Assembly (NCBI GenBank): GCA_963663805.2
Contig: CAXXMR010000009.1
Location: 224,001-288,000, forward strand
Direction: 5' to 3'
DNA length: 64,000 nt
Origin: Sedimentisphaerales bacterium
Lineage (GTDB): Bacteria; Planctomycetota; Phycisphaerae; Sedimentisphaerales; SM23-30
Shown: positions 49,675 through 59,398 of the stretch, piece by piece
Numbering within the stretch: the first letter of the stretch is position 1
Layout of the letters: each line of letters opens with the position of its first letter
Notes under the pieces: generated by a model
What the model was told of the DNA's origin: nothing
Seen by the model: the letters and a program-made list of their open reading frames with translations, nothing else
Database searches by the model: none
Translations under genes and position numbers: made by a program

Positions 49675-50859
49675 ATGATAAAAGGGCCTCGAAAAGTCGC
49701 TCTGATGATTGAAGGCTATCGCGGTCATGAACGCGGTTTGCTGCGCGGCATTGCCCGTTTCGCCCGCACTCAGGGTAACTGGCATTTCTATCTCGATAAG
49801 GAAGACCCATTCTTTCGCGACAGTCAGGTCGAAAAGCGAAGTTTTCAGGACAAGCTGCTCACCTGGGGTGTCAATGGGATTATCACACGCTCACCGGAGA
49901 AGGTTCAGGATTTTATTGCTGCGGGACTGCCTGTTGTAATCGTCAAACAGATTGCCGAAAATCCCCAGAACAACGTACTTGTTTTAGATAACACTGCTAT
50001 TGGTACCATGGCTGCCCGCCATCTTATCGAACGCGGCTTTATGCACTTTGGCTATTGTGGTCTGGATGAAATGTTCTGGTCTCATACTCGCGGCCGGAGT
50101 TTTCGGGCTGAGATAAAAAAAATTCAGGCTGATGTGTCGATTTACCATCAGCCCAAGCCGCTGGCATCACTTTCCTGGGAAGAGGAGCAAGACGTAATGG
50201 TCGCCTGGCTCAAATCACTGCCCAAGCCTGTTGGCGTAATGGCCTGTAACGACGATCGGGCTGAGCACGTTATCGAAGCCTGTAAAATCGTCCAGATAAA
50301 AGTTCCCGAGGAAATTTCTGTCATAGGTGTTGACAATGATGAATTGATCTGTGAATTTTCCGACCCGCCTCTCTCCAGCGTAGGCATCAACAGCGAACGA
50401 GGCGGGTATGAAGCCGCCTGGCTGTTGGACAGTCTCATGAGGCAATACCGCTATGAAAACAATCAAATTATAATCAGGCCCACCGAAGTCGTAACCCGCC
50501 AGTCAACCGATACTCTTCCTGTTGAGGATCAGGACGTGGCCCGGGCCCTGAATTTTATTCGACAGCACGCCCGTATGGATATTCAGGTCGAGCACGTAGC
50601 CGAAGAGGTCGGCCTCAGCCTGCGCGTCCTCCAGAAGCGATTCAAAAAAGTCCTCAATCGTTCCCTGCGTGACGAAATCAAAAGCGTCTGTTCCAACCAA
50701 ATTAAAAAAATGCTTCTGGAGACAAACCTCACTATTTCCCAGATTACCGATATTCTCGGCTATTCCAGCAGTCACGCCCTGGCCCGCTTCTTCCGCAAAG
50801 AAACGAAAATGAGCCCCGGCGAATTCCGCAAAAAATATGTACTTGTGAAGCGGCCTTAG
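49675..50859 (+). CDS. XylR-type regulator (second paralog)
   Basis: KVALMIEGYRG, LPKPVGVMACND, GVDND, PPLSSV and C-terminal AraC HTH. Confidence 0.9.
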   Translation: MIKGPRKVALMIEGYRGHERGLLRGIARFARTQGNWHFYLDKEDPFFRDSQVEKRSFQDKLLTWGVNGIITRSPEKVQDFIAAGLPVVIVKQIAENPQNNVLVLDNTAIGTMAARHLIERGFMHFGYCGLDEMFWSHTRGRSFRAEIKKIQADVSIYHQPKPLASLSWEEEQDVMVAWLKSLPKPVGVMACNDDRAEHVIEACKIVQIKVPEEISVIGVDNDELICEFSDPPLSSVGINSERGGYEAAWLLDSLMRQYRYENNQIIIRPTEVVTRQSTDTLPVEDQDVARALNFIRQHARMDIQVEHVAEEVGLSLRVLQKRFKKVLNRSLRDEIKSVCSNQIKKMLLETNLTISQITDILGYSSSHALARFFRKETKMSPGEFRKKYVLVKRP

Positions 50860-50860
50860 C

Positions 50861-50885
50861 AAAAAAACGGCCTCTGGCCAGGCCG
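50861..50885 (-). terminator. Probable intrinsic terminator of the long minus-strand operon
   Basis: CGGCCT-N6-AGGCCG hairpin with A7 on its left (U-tract on the minus strand). Confidence 0.55.
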
Positions 50886-50941
50886 AAGTTTAACACGTTG
50901 AGGCCTTCAGCAAGTTTAACCACACCGATTTGCTTGCCGGG

Positions 50942-51865
50942 TCAGGCATAGTTTAGTTTGCGAGGCGGGGTGGTGGTTAGCTGCTGCATGTCAAGAAAGA
51001 GACGTATGAGGGTCTGGCGGTCTTTTTCCTCGAAGGGGTTGGTTTCCATACGGCAGGTGAGGCCCATTTTAACCCCTCTAAGTTTTAGGAAATATTTGGC
51101 GGCGCAAGGGTAAGTTTTGCAGAAAGATTGTTCGCCGGCGATAATAAAATCCATCTTGGCGGGATTATAGTTTTCTTTATCGAAATTCCGCCAGACGCTT
51201 TGGAGCAGTTCGGGGTAGAGATTGGCCGCGGTGCCGCAATAGCCGTGGCCGCCGGCTTTGTAGGAGTCTACCAAAGTATGGACGTTGGCGTTATAAAAGT
51301 TCAGGGTTGAATCTTTGACGGCGGTGAGTTTGTCTTTGATCTGGTTTATTTCGCAGCAGGTGTCCTTATGGAAAAACACACGGCCGGTCTGGCTGATATA
51401 ACTCATTTCTTCGGGGGTGAGCAGACGTTTGAAGGGGAACGGGGATTCGTAGATACCCAAAGGAACGTCGGTCAGGTCGAGCAGCTTGAAAAAACTGTCA
51501 CGCCATTGCTGAGGGGTAGAGTCCTGGGGACAAATCTGGTTGGTGGTTATTACTACGGCCTGGACACCAGTATCGGCGATCTCGCGGACGAAATCAGCTT
51601 GCTGCTGAATCGAGCCTTGAAAGACAGCGCCGCCGACAACACCGGCTCGCCCGTTGACGTGCTTGACGGTTTCGCGGCAGAGAGTGATGATCTCTTCTTT
51701 GGAAAGGAACATTACCTCACTGGAAGAACAGGCGGCGAACAGGCCGTCGCAACCGTGCTGGAGGTAAAAATCGGTCAGATGCTTCAGGCCGTCGAGGTCG
51801 ATTGATTTGTCGTCATGGAAGGCGGTCAGCATTACTGACCAGATGCCTTGGGGTAAGTTATTCAT
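50942..51865 (-). CDS. DHDPS/N-acetylneuraminate lyase-family aldolase
   Basis: LTAFHDDKSIDL; ACSSSE in place of GxTGE; catalytic IYESP Tyr and FHKDT Lys. Confidence 0.85.
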   Translation of the reverse strand: MNNLPQGIWSVMLTAFHDDKSIDLDGLKHLTDFYLQHGCDGLFAACSSSEVMFLSKEEIITLCRETVKHVNGRAGVVGGAVFQGSIQQQADFVREIADTGVQAVVITTNQICPQDSTPQQWRDSFFKLLDLTDVPLGIYESPFPFKRLLTPEEMSYISQTGRVFFHKDTCCEINQIKDKLTAVKDSTLNFYNANVHTLVDSYKAGGHGYCGTAANLYPELLQSVWRNFDKENYNPAKMDFIIAGEQSFCKTYPCAAKYFLKLRGVKMGLTCRMETNPFEEKDRQTLIRLFLDMQQLTTTPPRKLNYA

Positions 51866-51880
51866 TATAAATCCTGTGTA

Positions 51881-54760
51881 CTACTTAGGGATACTGATAA
51901 TCTGTGAATCGTCGTCGAACAGGGCGCGATTAAAACAGCGTACGTAACCTCTTTCGGTTCCAATAAAAATGTCCTGGCGGCCATCGCCGTCGTAATCCCA
52001 TACCGCAGGTGAGCAGGAATGGGTGCCATAATACAGTTTTTCGCCGTCAGCCAGGGCCAGAGTCCGGGCTGGCTTGAACACTGGCTCGGCGTTTGTGCCG
52101 GCGTTGATAAGTATCGCAACGTAGGCGTAAGGCTCGACGGCAAGGTCGTAACGTTGGCCGGCGTTGGTCATGCCGCGTCGGGGCTGGCCAACGAGCAGGT
52201 CGGTTATGCCGTCGGTATTGTAATCGACAGCACAAAATTTGCTTCTGCCATTGTAGCCACTGGGGCCGTCAAGTTTAATATCACTACCGGTGGTGAATTT
52301 CAACCTTTTTCCGGGAGCAAGTGCGGCGGGGCCTTTGATTAAGTCTCTGGGGTAGAGGGTCAGGAAGCCTTCGGGGTCGCTGGTGACGAGTGCTGAGGGA
52401 GTTTTTAGGTTTTTGTCGGTGTACCACATCGCCGGACGGGTACGCCAGCGGTTTTTGAGGGGCCAGGTGTCAATATCAAGGTATTGGGGGTCGGCGAATT
52501 CATAATCGTTTTTTCGCGGAGCGATGTTTTTGAGCCAGTAATTGTAGCCGGTGATGTCGCTGAGTACTACATCCGTTTTGCCGTCGCCGTTGAAGTCGCA
52601 AGGGTTGGGGGCGAGATAGCCCCAGCGGGATTCGTTGGGCCCCTGAATTGAGCCGCTGTATCCGGCGGTAGGACGGAATATCTTACCGCCGACCTTGAGT
52701 TTTTCGCGGGTGGCGAAAATCGGGGAGGTCTTAGTACCGCTGTTAGCGAAATAATTGAGGAATCCAGATGCGTCGCCGGTAACGACATCCCAAAGACCGT
52801 CACCGTTGAGGTCCACGATGGTGGGCACGACCAGGGACTCGGACCAAAGGTTGGCACCGGCGAATTCGAGAATCTCGGTTTCGACGAGCAAACTGTTTTC
52901 GATTTCGCAAACAACGGTTATGCCGGGGTTGGAGCCGACGAGAATATCAGTTTTGCCGTCATGGTTGTAATCGCAAACCTCAAAACGCTGGTCGAAGTAG
53001 CTGTATTGAGATACTGTAGAGTCGCGATAGGCGCCGACCGGCAGGGCCAGCTCGATTCGGGTGGGGTCTTTGGAGGTATTATAATAAATCAGGCTCTGGT
53101 CCACACCGCAGCCGAGGAGCAAATCGAGAGTTCCGTCAACATTGATGTCGGCCAGAGCGACCGACATCTGCGTAGTAGGTATCTCTATAGGGCGACCATT
53201 AACGTTTAGTTTTTGGGCGGGGGCAAATTCTGGTTCGGTATCGGTGCCGTTATTTAGGACAAGGTAAACGGAACCGACAGGCGGATCGCCGTACCATTTG
53301 TTGTACTGGTCGTAACCGCGGCCATAGCCGATGTTGGGGTTGCCATGTCCCTTGTTCCATGGGTCTGAGCCGTCCCACCACCACGTACCGCTAAATGCAC
53401 CGATGAGCAAATCGCGAGTTCCGTCGGCGTTGGCGTCAACGAGGGAAATGTCGAATACTTCATCTTCGGCGAGACCGGCCAGGGGGAATTTGGCCTGATG
53501 CTCGATGGTTTTGCCTTCGGGGGTATCGAGGCTTTTCCAAAGATTGACGATTTGGTTTTTGCAGGAATAAGCGTAGATGGTGCCGTCGCTTTGCTGGAAC
53601 ATGTCGACGGTTAGCAGTGATTTTCCGGCGAAGGCGATTTCGGGTGCTTTGTAAACAGGTTCTCGAACAGTGCCGATGTTTTCGTAGAAGAATATGCGAC
53701 GGGGTATGACATAGGAGATGAGAAGGTCGTCGAGGCCGTCATTATTGTAGTCGAGGATGACGGGGTAACCGGCCAGACCCTGTCCGGCGGAGGTGAGATC
53801 GGTGTGGCCGACGCTTAATGGTTCGCCGGCACCTATCAAGGGGATAGGAGCCGCAGGCTTATCGAGAGAGACAGGCCCGTTGAAGCAGACGGCATAGTCG
53901 GCAGCAGTGGTTTCAGTACGCTGCCAGACGATGGTCATGGTTTTGGGGTAGAGGTCGTATTCGGTGCGGAATTCTACGGAGATGTTTGAAGGTTTTTTGT
54001 TTTTACTGTCCCATTTTACGATTTTAACATCCAGGGGGCTTAGGAATTGGCCTTCGGGCAGAAAGGCTTCAAGAAAACGCAAATCAAGGTTCAGGCGGGC
54101 CGGCGCATTGGGGAATTGGACCGGTTTGGCGGGCAGGGAAACCGGCAGATAGATACCGCTTTGAGTCTGGATAAGTTCAACGGCAGAGTTGGTGAGTTTA
54201 GAATAATCTTGCACAACTTCGCGGCTGGTCCAGGCGGCAGGGAAAACCTGAGCGTTTTTGATTAGGCCTTTTATGTCGCGAGCGGGGTTGTCGGTGCGGC
54301 ATTCGGCTCCGATGCGGATGCGGTTGGCCTGGGGAGTGTTCGTTACGATGGAGCGGGTCGCTTCGGAACGACCGTTGATGTAAAGGCTCATGCTGTTGGT
54401 GGTTCTGACGGCACAAACATATAACACTTTGTTGAGGGGCAGGTCGGTTTTGGAGGTCAGACCGCGATATTGGAGTTTGCCGTTTTCAATTTCAGCGACG
54501 GTTACGAATTCAAGTTTAGTACCGCTCATTCTCAGGCCGAACAGCAACTCTTTAGGATTATCAGTGTTGAAGGCGGAGATGATGTAGTTGCCAATACCTT
54601 CGGAGTAAGCATTAACGCGAACCTGGGCACGAAGGGTTACGAGCTGGTCGGCGGTGCCGGGAAAATTATTTTCGGGGTAAGTTTCAGCGGCGGCAATGCC
54701 AACGAGGGCAACTATTAAGATTGTTATCGCAGTTCTAATCATAGAGGCCTTATTTGTCAT
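51881..54760 (-). CDS. Secreted LamG-like + FG-GAP/VCBS repeat protein
   Basis: Signal peptide; MSLYING...IGA LamG-like segment; repeated DxNxDGxxDLL motifs. Confidence 0.82.
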   Translation of the reverse strand: MTNKASMIRTAITILIVALVGIAAAETYPENNFPGTADQLVTLRAQVRVNAYSEGIGNYIISAFNTDNPKELLFGLRMSGTKLEFVTVAEIENGKLQYRGLTSKTDLPLNKVLYVCAVRTTNSMSLYINGRSEATRSIVTNTPQANRIRIGAECRTDNPARDIKGLIKNAQVFPAAWTSREVVQDYSKLTNSAVELIQTQSGIYLPVSLPAKPVQFPNAPARLNLDLRFLEAFLPEGQFLSPLDVKIVKWDSKNKKPSNISVEFRTEYDLYPKTMTIVWQRTETTAADYAVCFNGPVSLDKPAAPIPLIGAGEPLSVGHTDLTSAGQGLAGYPVILDYNNDGLDDLLISYVIPRRIFFYENIGTVREPVYKAPEIAFAGKSLLTVDMFQQSDGTIYAYSCKNQIVNLWKSLDTPEGKTIEHQAKFPLAGLAEDEVFDISLVDANADGTRDLLIGAFSGTWWWDGSDPWNKGHGNPNIGYGRGYDQYNKWYGDPPVGSVYLVLNNGTDTEPEFAPAQKLNVNGRPIEIPTTQMSVALADINVDGTLDLLLGCGVDQSLIYYNTSKDPTRIELALPVGAYRDSTVSQYSYFDQRFEVCDYNHDGKTDILVGSNPGITVVCEIENSLLVETEILEFAGANLWSESLVVPTIVDLNGDGLWDVVTGDASGFLNYFANSGTKTSPIFATREKLKVGGKIFRPTAGYSGSIQGPNESRWGYLAPNPCDFNGDGKTDVVLSDITGYNYWLKNIAPRKNDYEFADPQYLDIDTWPLKNRWRTRPAMWYTDKNLKTPSALVTSDPEGFLTLYPRDLIKGPAALAPGKRLKFTTGSDIKLDGPSGYNGRSKFCAVDYNTDGITDLLVGQPRRGMTNAGQRYDLAVEPYAYVAILINAGTNAEPVFKPARTLALADGEKLYYGTHSCSPAVWDYDGDGRQDIFIGTERGYVRCFNRALFDDDSQIISIPK

Positions 54761-55694
54761 TTAAGCAGGAATCAAGTAAATCATCAATTGTGGCAGTGGC
54801 GAGGCACTGGACCTGGTCGGCGCCACCGTAGTAGATTTTGACTGTACCGTCGGGTTCGGCGACAGCACCGTTGGTAAAAACCACGTTCATGCTCTGGCCC
54901 ATCAGTTCGTAAGGCTTTTCAGGGGCGAGGATGGCTCTTTTGCTGCAAGCGATGAGCTTGGTGGGGTCTTTCAGGTCAAGCAGCATTACGCCGAGGCAGT
55001 AGACTTCGTCGGTGCATTGGCGACGTACGCCATGGATTATACAGAGCCAACCCTGAGGGGTTTTAATGGGTACGGCACCGGGACCAATTTTCTTTTCGCC
55101 CCAGGGTAAGAGGCTTTTGTCTAATACGCGGCGGGGGTTGCCCCAGTGGATAAGGTCGGGGCTGGAGCAGGCCCAGATGTCGAAGCCGCTGTTGTCGTTG
55201 GGGCGGTCGAGCCGGTAATATAGTCCATTGATCTTTTCGGGGAAGAGTACGCCGTTGCGATTATCGGGTTCGGAGATAAGGCCCATCCATTCGAGCTTCT
55301 CAAAGGCGTCATCGATCTTGAACAGACCAAGCTGGCAACTCGCTCCATTGGTAACGTCGGCGGCATGAACGATATAATACTGGCCTTCGATGCGGGTGAC
55401 GCGGGGGTCCCAATAGGATTTTTCGGCGTCGACATACTCGCAGAACAGCGGGTCGTGGCTGGGCAAAGCCAGGGGCTCAGGCCGCAGGGTGAATTTGATG
55501 CCGTCGTCGCTGTCGGCTACCCACATGTAGCGGGAAAAGGAGGAATCCTCGCAGCGGCAGACCATGATGTATTTGTCCTGGTGTTTGACAACGCCGCTGT
55601 TGAAGACGCTGACAATGTCGCCGGGAAAATCGTCTTTGGTGAGGATGGGATTTTTAGCGTATCTCTGAACGATGTATTTTTTCTGGTACAGCAA
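54750..55694 (-). CDS. Glycoside hydrolase family 130 (beta-mannoside phosphorylase-like)
   Basis: NPIL, VFNSG, DPRV, NRNGVLFPEKING, KIGPGAVPI, HGV and IYYGGAD. Confidence 0.9.
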   Translation of the reverse strand: MLYQKKYIVQRYAKNPILTKDDFPGDIVSVFNSGVVKHQDKYIMVCRCEDSSFSRYMWVADSDDGIKFTLRPEPLALPSHDPLFCEYVDAEKSYWDPRVTRIEGQYYIVHAADVTNGASCQLGLFKIDDAFEKLEWMGLISEPDNRNGVLFPEKINGLYYRLDRPNDNSGFDIWACSSPDLIHWGNPRRVLDKSLLPWGEKKIGPGAVPIKTPQGWLCIIHGVRRQCTDEVYCLGVMLLDLKDPTKLIACSKRAILAPEKPYELMGQSMNVVFTNGAVAEPDGTVKIYYGGADQVQCLATATIDDLLDSCLNDK

Positions 55695-55719
55695 AGTTTA
55701 TTTACTCCGTAGTAAAAGT

Positions 55720-55771
55720 AAAGGGTGCCGCTGATTTGCCGGAGACATCCTATCAGGGCACCCCTTTTTTT
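55720..55771. terminator. Intergenic hairpin, possible attenuator/terminator
   Basis: AAAGGGTGCC-GCTGAT...ATCAG-GGCACCCCTTTTTTT between the prepilin and GH130 genes. Confidence 0.5.
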
Positions 55772-55790
55772 ACGACATCACTAAAATCGT

Positions 55791-56669
55791 TTAATAAATG
55801 TAACCTAATCTGCCGGGGCTGTTATATCCCATAACATCAGCTTCAAACTGGTCCTTCCCATCAATGAGAAGGCCAAAGCGACGACTGGAAATTTCATCCC
55901 AGCGTAAGTATTCCGCATGGCCATCCAAAAAGGTGTAATTCTTTCCACCTTGATTTCCACCGTCGCTGCTCATAGCGTCTATGCCGACATCATCGGTCCA
56001 GCGTGGGATCCTTCTCTTCATGTCGTGAGGACCATCGGAAATTAAATCACCATCGGCAAATCTCATCCAGCCGGAAAAACCAGCTTCAGATTCCGACGGA
56101 GAAGCCTCGGTGGATCTGTATGTCATACTGTGAGTATTAATAAAAGGACGCACAATTGAAGAGGTTTCCAGCCAGACATCGTCCATGAAAGTTACTACCT
56201 CAGCGGTACGCATAATATTCTGACCACTAAAGTGCGTTACAACTCCATTTGCAGTGTAACTAAGATAATAGCCATTCTGGTCTATGGCTTGGTTGCGGTC
56301 TTGCTTAAATAAGGATTCAATTTCCTGACAGATATAAGACTGCTTGGGCAGTTCGCCGTAATTAACGAGGCTGTATATCCAGTTTTCCTGCCAGGTGCCG
56401 CTGTCGCGATTCAGGGCATTTTGTACTCTGGAACCAAGTGAGGGCTTATTGCGGGCATCCTGAAAAGGAAATTTGCCACGGTTGTCTTCAACGTAGCAGG
56501 TGGCACAAAGCTGGAGTTGACGCAGTTTGGAACTGCACACAACCTTGCGGGCCTGAGCGCGGGCCTGGCCCAGCGCGGGCAGGAGAATCGAGACTAACAG
56601 GGCGATAATAGCGACGACCACCAGAAGTTCCACGAGGGTAAACGCTTTTTTTCTTGATGTTGCAGGCAT
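55791..56669 (-). CDS. Prepilin-type N-methylation / H-X9-DG (DUF1559-like) protein
   Basis: [37 protein letters not shown] and NYTFLDGHAE. Start set at MPATSR. Confidence 0.88.
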   Translation of the reverse strand: MPATSRKKAFTLVELLVVVAIIALLVSILLPALGQARAQARKVVCSSKLRQLQLCATCYVEDNRGKFPFQDARNKPSLGSRVQNALNRDSGTWQENWIYSLVNYGELPKQSYICQEIESLFKQDRNQAIDQNGYYLSYTANGVVTHFSGQNIMRTAEVVTFMDDVWLETSSIVRPFINTHSMTYRSTEASPSESEAGFSGWMRFADGDLISDGPHDMKRRIPRWTDDVGIDAMSSDGGNQGGKNYTFLDGHAEYLRWDEISSRRFGLLIDGKDQFEADVMGYNSPGRLGYIY

Positions 56670-56730
56670 TTTATTTTCTCGCTGAGCTGAGTTTTCTATC
56701 AGCCCACGGCGGGCTGACATTGACTGTGTC

Positions 56731-57651
56731 TTAATGACAAGAAACATCGTTGGGGTCGGTACAATCAAGCCATTCCTGACTGATAAGGGCAAAGTCGGCG
56801 ATGTCAACATAACAGTCACCGTCAATGTCGGCTTCGTTTTTGACCATACCGGGATAGTTGCAGTCACCCTGGTCTAGCTCGGATAAATCCTGAACGGCGT
56901 GGGAGTAGATTCGGACCTGGTCAATGAGGCCGTCGAAACATCTAAAGTGTGAACCGGTCCGGCGGGCGGCACCAACGACCAGCCAGGGGGTGGTGTAGCC
57001 GGTGGTGATGGGTAGAAGCGTGCTGTCTTCGGTATAAAGCGAGTCGTTTATCCAAACTTTAGCGTTGGCACTGGGCAGAGTCGAATCGTAACTAAACACG
57101 ATACGATACCAAACGCCGGGTTCGATTTTGGTGGGATGGATGTATCTATTATATGTCGGCGTGCCGGCATTATCGTAATAGAATCCGCAAATGATAGTTG
57201 AAGAACGCAGGTTTGAACTATCGGTGCGAATGAAGTAATTGTTACTGTTGATATTTTCTTTGTCGCCGGCCCAGACAATGTAGTAGGGGTCGTTGTCGGA
57301 AAAGCCTTCAGGCAGAGATGCGGTTTTTACCCAGGCGTCAATAGTGAAGGCAGTGCTGATGACAGGTGAAACATCGGCTTCAGCGATAGGAGTCAGGAAA
57401 TCGCGGTCGTCCTCGCTGGTGCCTTTCTCGTTGATAAACTGCATGCAATATCCGCTCAGGCCGTCTTTGTACCATTCGGCGTTGGCCCAGGTGCTTTGGC
57501 TGGTGCCCCTCTGGAGGGTAAGTGAGCCGACTTCACTATAGGTGTTTTCGCCCTGTCCTTCGGAAAAATTCCACATACCAACTATGTCGGCGTGACAGAT
57601 GCCGGCAGTAAGAAACATTAAAATCGCAATTGTGAATGATCTGATTTTCAT
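56731..57651 (-). CDS. Secreted LamG-like protein with dockerin-like tail
   Basis: WNFSE, FTIDAWVK and FDGLIDQVRIY; ADIDGDCYVDIADFALISQEWL. Confidence 0.82.
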   Translation of the reverse strand: MKIRSFTIAILMFLTAGICHADIVGMWNFSEGQGENTYSEVGSLTLQRGTSQSTWANAEWYKDGLSGYCMQFINEKGTSEDDRDFLTPIAEADVSPVISTAFTIDAWVKTASLPEGFSDNDPYYIVWAGDKENINSNNYFIRTDSSNLRSSTIICGFYYDNAGTPTYNRYIHPTKIEPGVWYRIVFSYDSTLPSANAKVWINDSLYTEDSTLLPITTGYTTPWLVVGAARRTGSHFRCFDGLIDQVRIYSHAVQDLSELDQGDCNYPGMVKNEADIDGDCYVDIADFALISQEWLDCTDPNDVSCH

Positions 57652-57681
57652 ATTATAAACTCCTGTCAAAGGTATTGTCAT

Positions 57682-59352
57682 TTACTGAGCCAGCCAGTTT
57701 TGGGCCAGTACCGCAAGATCGTCTACATCGACATAAAAATCTTTGTTCAAGTCAGCGTCGAGATAGTTGGGGTTATACTCGTGGTAGTTGGCCGGCAGAA
57801 GCAGCTCCTCGGCAGTCAGGGCCTTATTGGTAATTCTGACCTCGTCGATCTTGCCCCAGAACCCGCGATTGACGTAGCTGCCGGTGTATCTGCCGCCTAC
57901 GGTAACCTTGGGCAGAATCTGGTCGCGACGCGGCGCCCGACCGGTGGACCAGGTCGTGCCCACCCCATTGACGAACAGGGTCGCGTTATCGACAGCTTTG
58001 GTGCCGTCGAAAGCGAAAGCGATGTGGGTCCACTGTTTTTCAGGAATGTCGGTGCTGTTGTGCAGGATAGTGCGGACCGTGTTGGGATCGTACCATATTG
58101 CCTCAAATCTTCCTTCTTCGCCCGTACTGTTGGGCATAAAACGAAGGAGGCAGAACAGGGAGTTGTCGCCGGTAATAGTGGCAGAAGAACTCCATTCCCT
58201 AATATCAAAAATCGAGAACGGGTCATAAAAACCAAACTCCGCACCAGTGCCGGCGGCATTGAGCAGGGGAATGTATTCAGGATTTATCCAGGCCTCAATA
58301 GTGAAGGAATCCGTCATTATCGAAGGAACGATAACTTCACTGGCGGCGTCGGTGGTCAGATAGCCCAATTTTGCGTTGTCAATGTCGCTGTAGGTAAATA
58401 CCCCACCGCCGATCTGTCCTTGCCCGAGCCAGTCGCAATCGTGCCAATCGCTGTCACTGGTCCCACGGCGTAAGTTCAAACCGCTCAAGCCTGGTTCACA
58501 ATGGGCAATCTGGCCGACCTGTTCCTCAAAACGCCAGTAGGCCAAAGTGCGGCGTTGGGTGTCGGCGTTTATGAGCAGTTCGTTGGTTGTCAGGCGCGTA
58601 TTGGAAACACGCACTTCGTCAATAATGCCATCGAAACATCTCTGCCTGGTCCACATGGCACCAACACAAAGACTTTCACCGGTCAGGGTAAGATCGGTGC
58701 GCGGCTGGAGGGCAGAACTGCTGACCTCTTCGACACCATTAACCCAGATACTGATATTGTCAGTAGAGATCGAAGCGTCATGGGCGAAAGCAACGTGATA
58801 CCATTGACCGACCTGAAGCTCGGCGGAATGAATGACTGATTTACTGCTTTCGTCCGCGGCGTAATAGTAACCGTTGAGCAAACCTGTGCCGTTGTCCCGG
58901 CGGTTGATACGCAGGAAATAAGCATGTTTGTTTAGGTCTGCCCCATCCGTGCCGCCAAAGGAGAGTATGGTATAAGGATTATAGTAATCGTAGTCACTGA
59001 TGGGAATCGAATCGAGTTTGATCCAGGCTTCGATAGTGAAAGATTCGGTGCTGAACTGACTGACATCGGTGTCGGACTCAGGGCGAAGAATGTCAATCGC
59101 GCCGTCGGGACCGTCAACGATGTTATGAAAGTGAAGACAACTCCCGCTGTAACCTTCGGCGGTCCAGACCGGATCCTGATAAGCTGTTCCGCTGGAACCA
59201 AGCCTGAGAGTTGCGGCCGAGGATGCTATGGGGGCGCAATATGCGTATTGACCGTCATTTTCCTCGAAAGTCCAGTAGCCTATGGTTCCGGCTTTTGCGG
59301 ATGATACGACCGCCAATGTTAATAATAATGTTAAAAGCGTTCTTTTAATCAT
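57682..59352 (-). CDS. Secreted tandem LamG protein with dockerin-like tail
   Basis: Two FTIEAWI...G.IDEVR domains; ADLNKDFYVDVDDLAVLAQNWL. Confidence 0.85.
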   Translation of the reverse strand: MIKRTLLTLLLTLAVVSSAKAGTIGYWTFEENDGQYAYCAPIASSAATLRLGSSGTAYQDPVWTAEGYSGSCLHFHNIVDGPDGAIDILRPESDTDVSQFSTESFTIEAWIKLDSIPISDYDYYNPYTILSFGGTDGADLNKHAYFLRINRRDNGTGLLNGYYYAADESSKSVIHSAELQVGQWYHVAFAHDASISTDNISIWVNGVEEVSSSALQPRTDLTLTGESLCVGAMWTRQRCFDGIIDEVRVSNTRLTTNELLINADTQRRTLAYWRFEEQVGQIAHCEPGLSGLNLRRGTSDSDWHDCDWLGQGQIGGGVFTYSDIDNAKLGYLTTDAASEVIVPSIMTDSFTIEAWINPEYIPLLNAAGTGAEFGFYDPFSIFDIREWSSSATITGDNSLFCLLRFMPNSTGEEGRFEAIWYDPNTVRTILHNSTDIPEKQWTHIAFAFDGTKAVDNATLFVNGVGTTWSTGRAPRRDQILPKVTVGGRYTGSYVNRGFWGKIDEVRITNKALTAEELLLPANYHEYNPNYLDADLNKDFYVDVDDLAVLAQNWLAQ

Positions 59353-59398
59353 TTCTGCTCCTTTCAGTTTGATACTCGAAACTGATACATAATACGAA

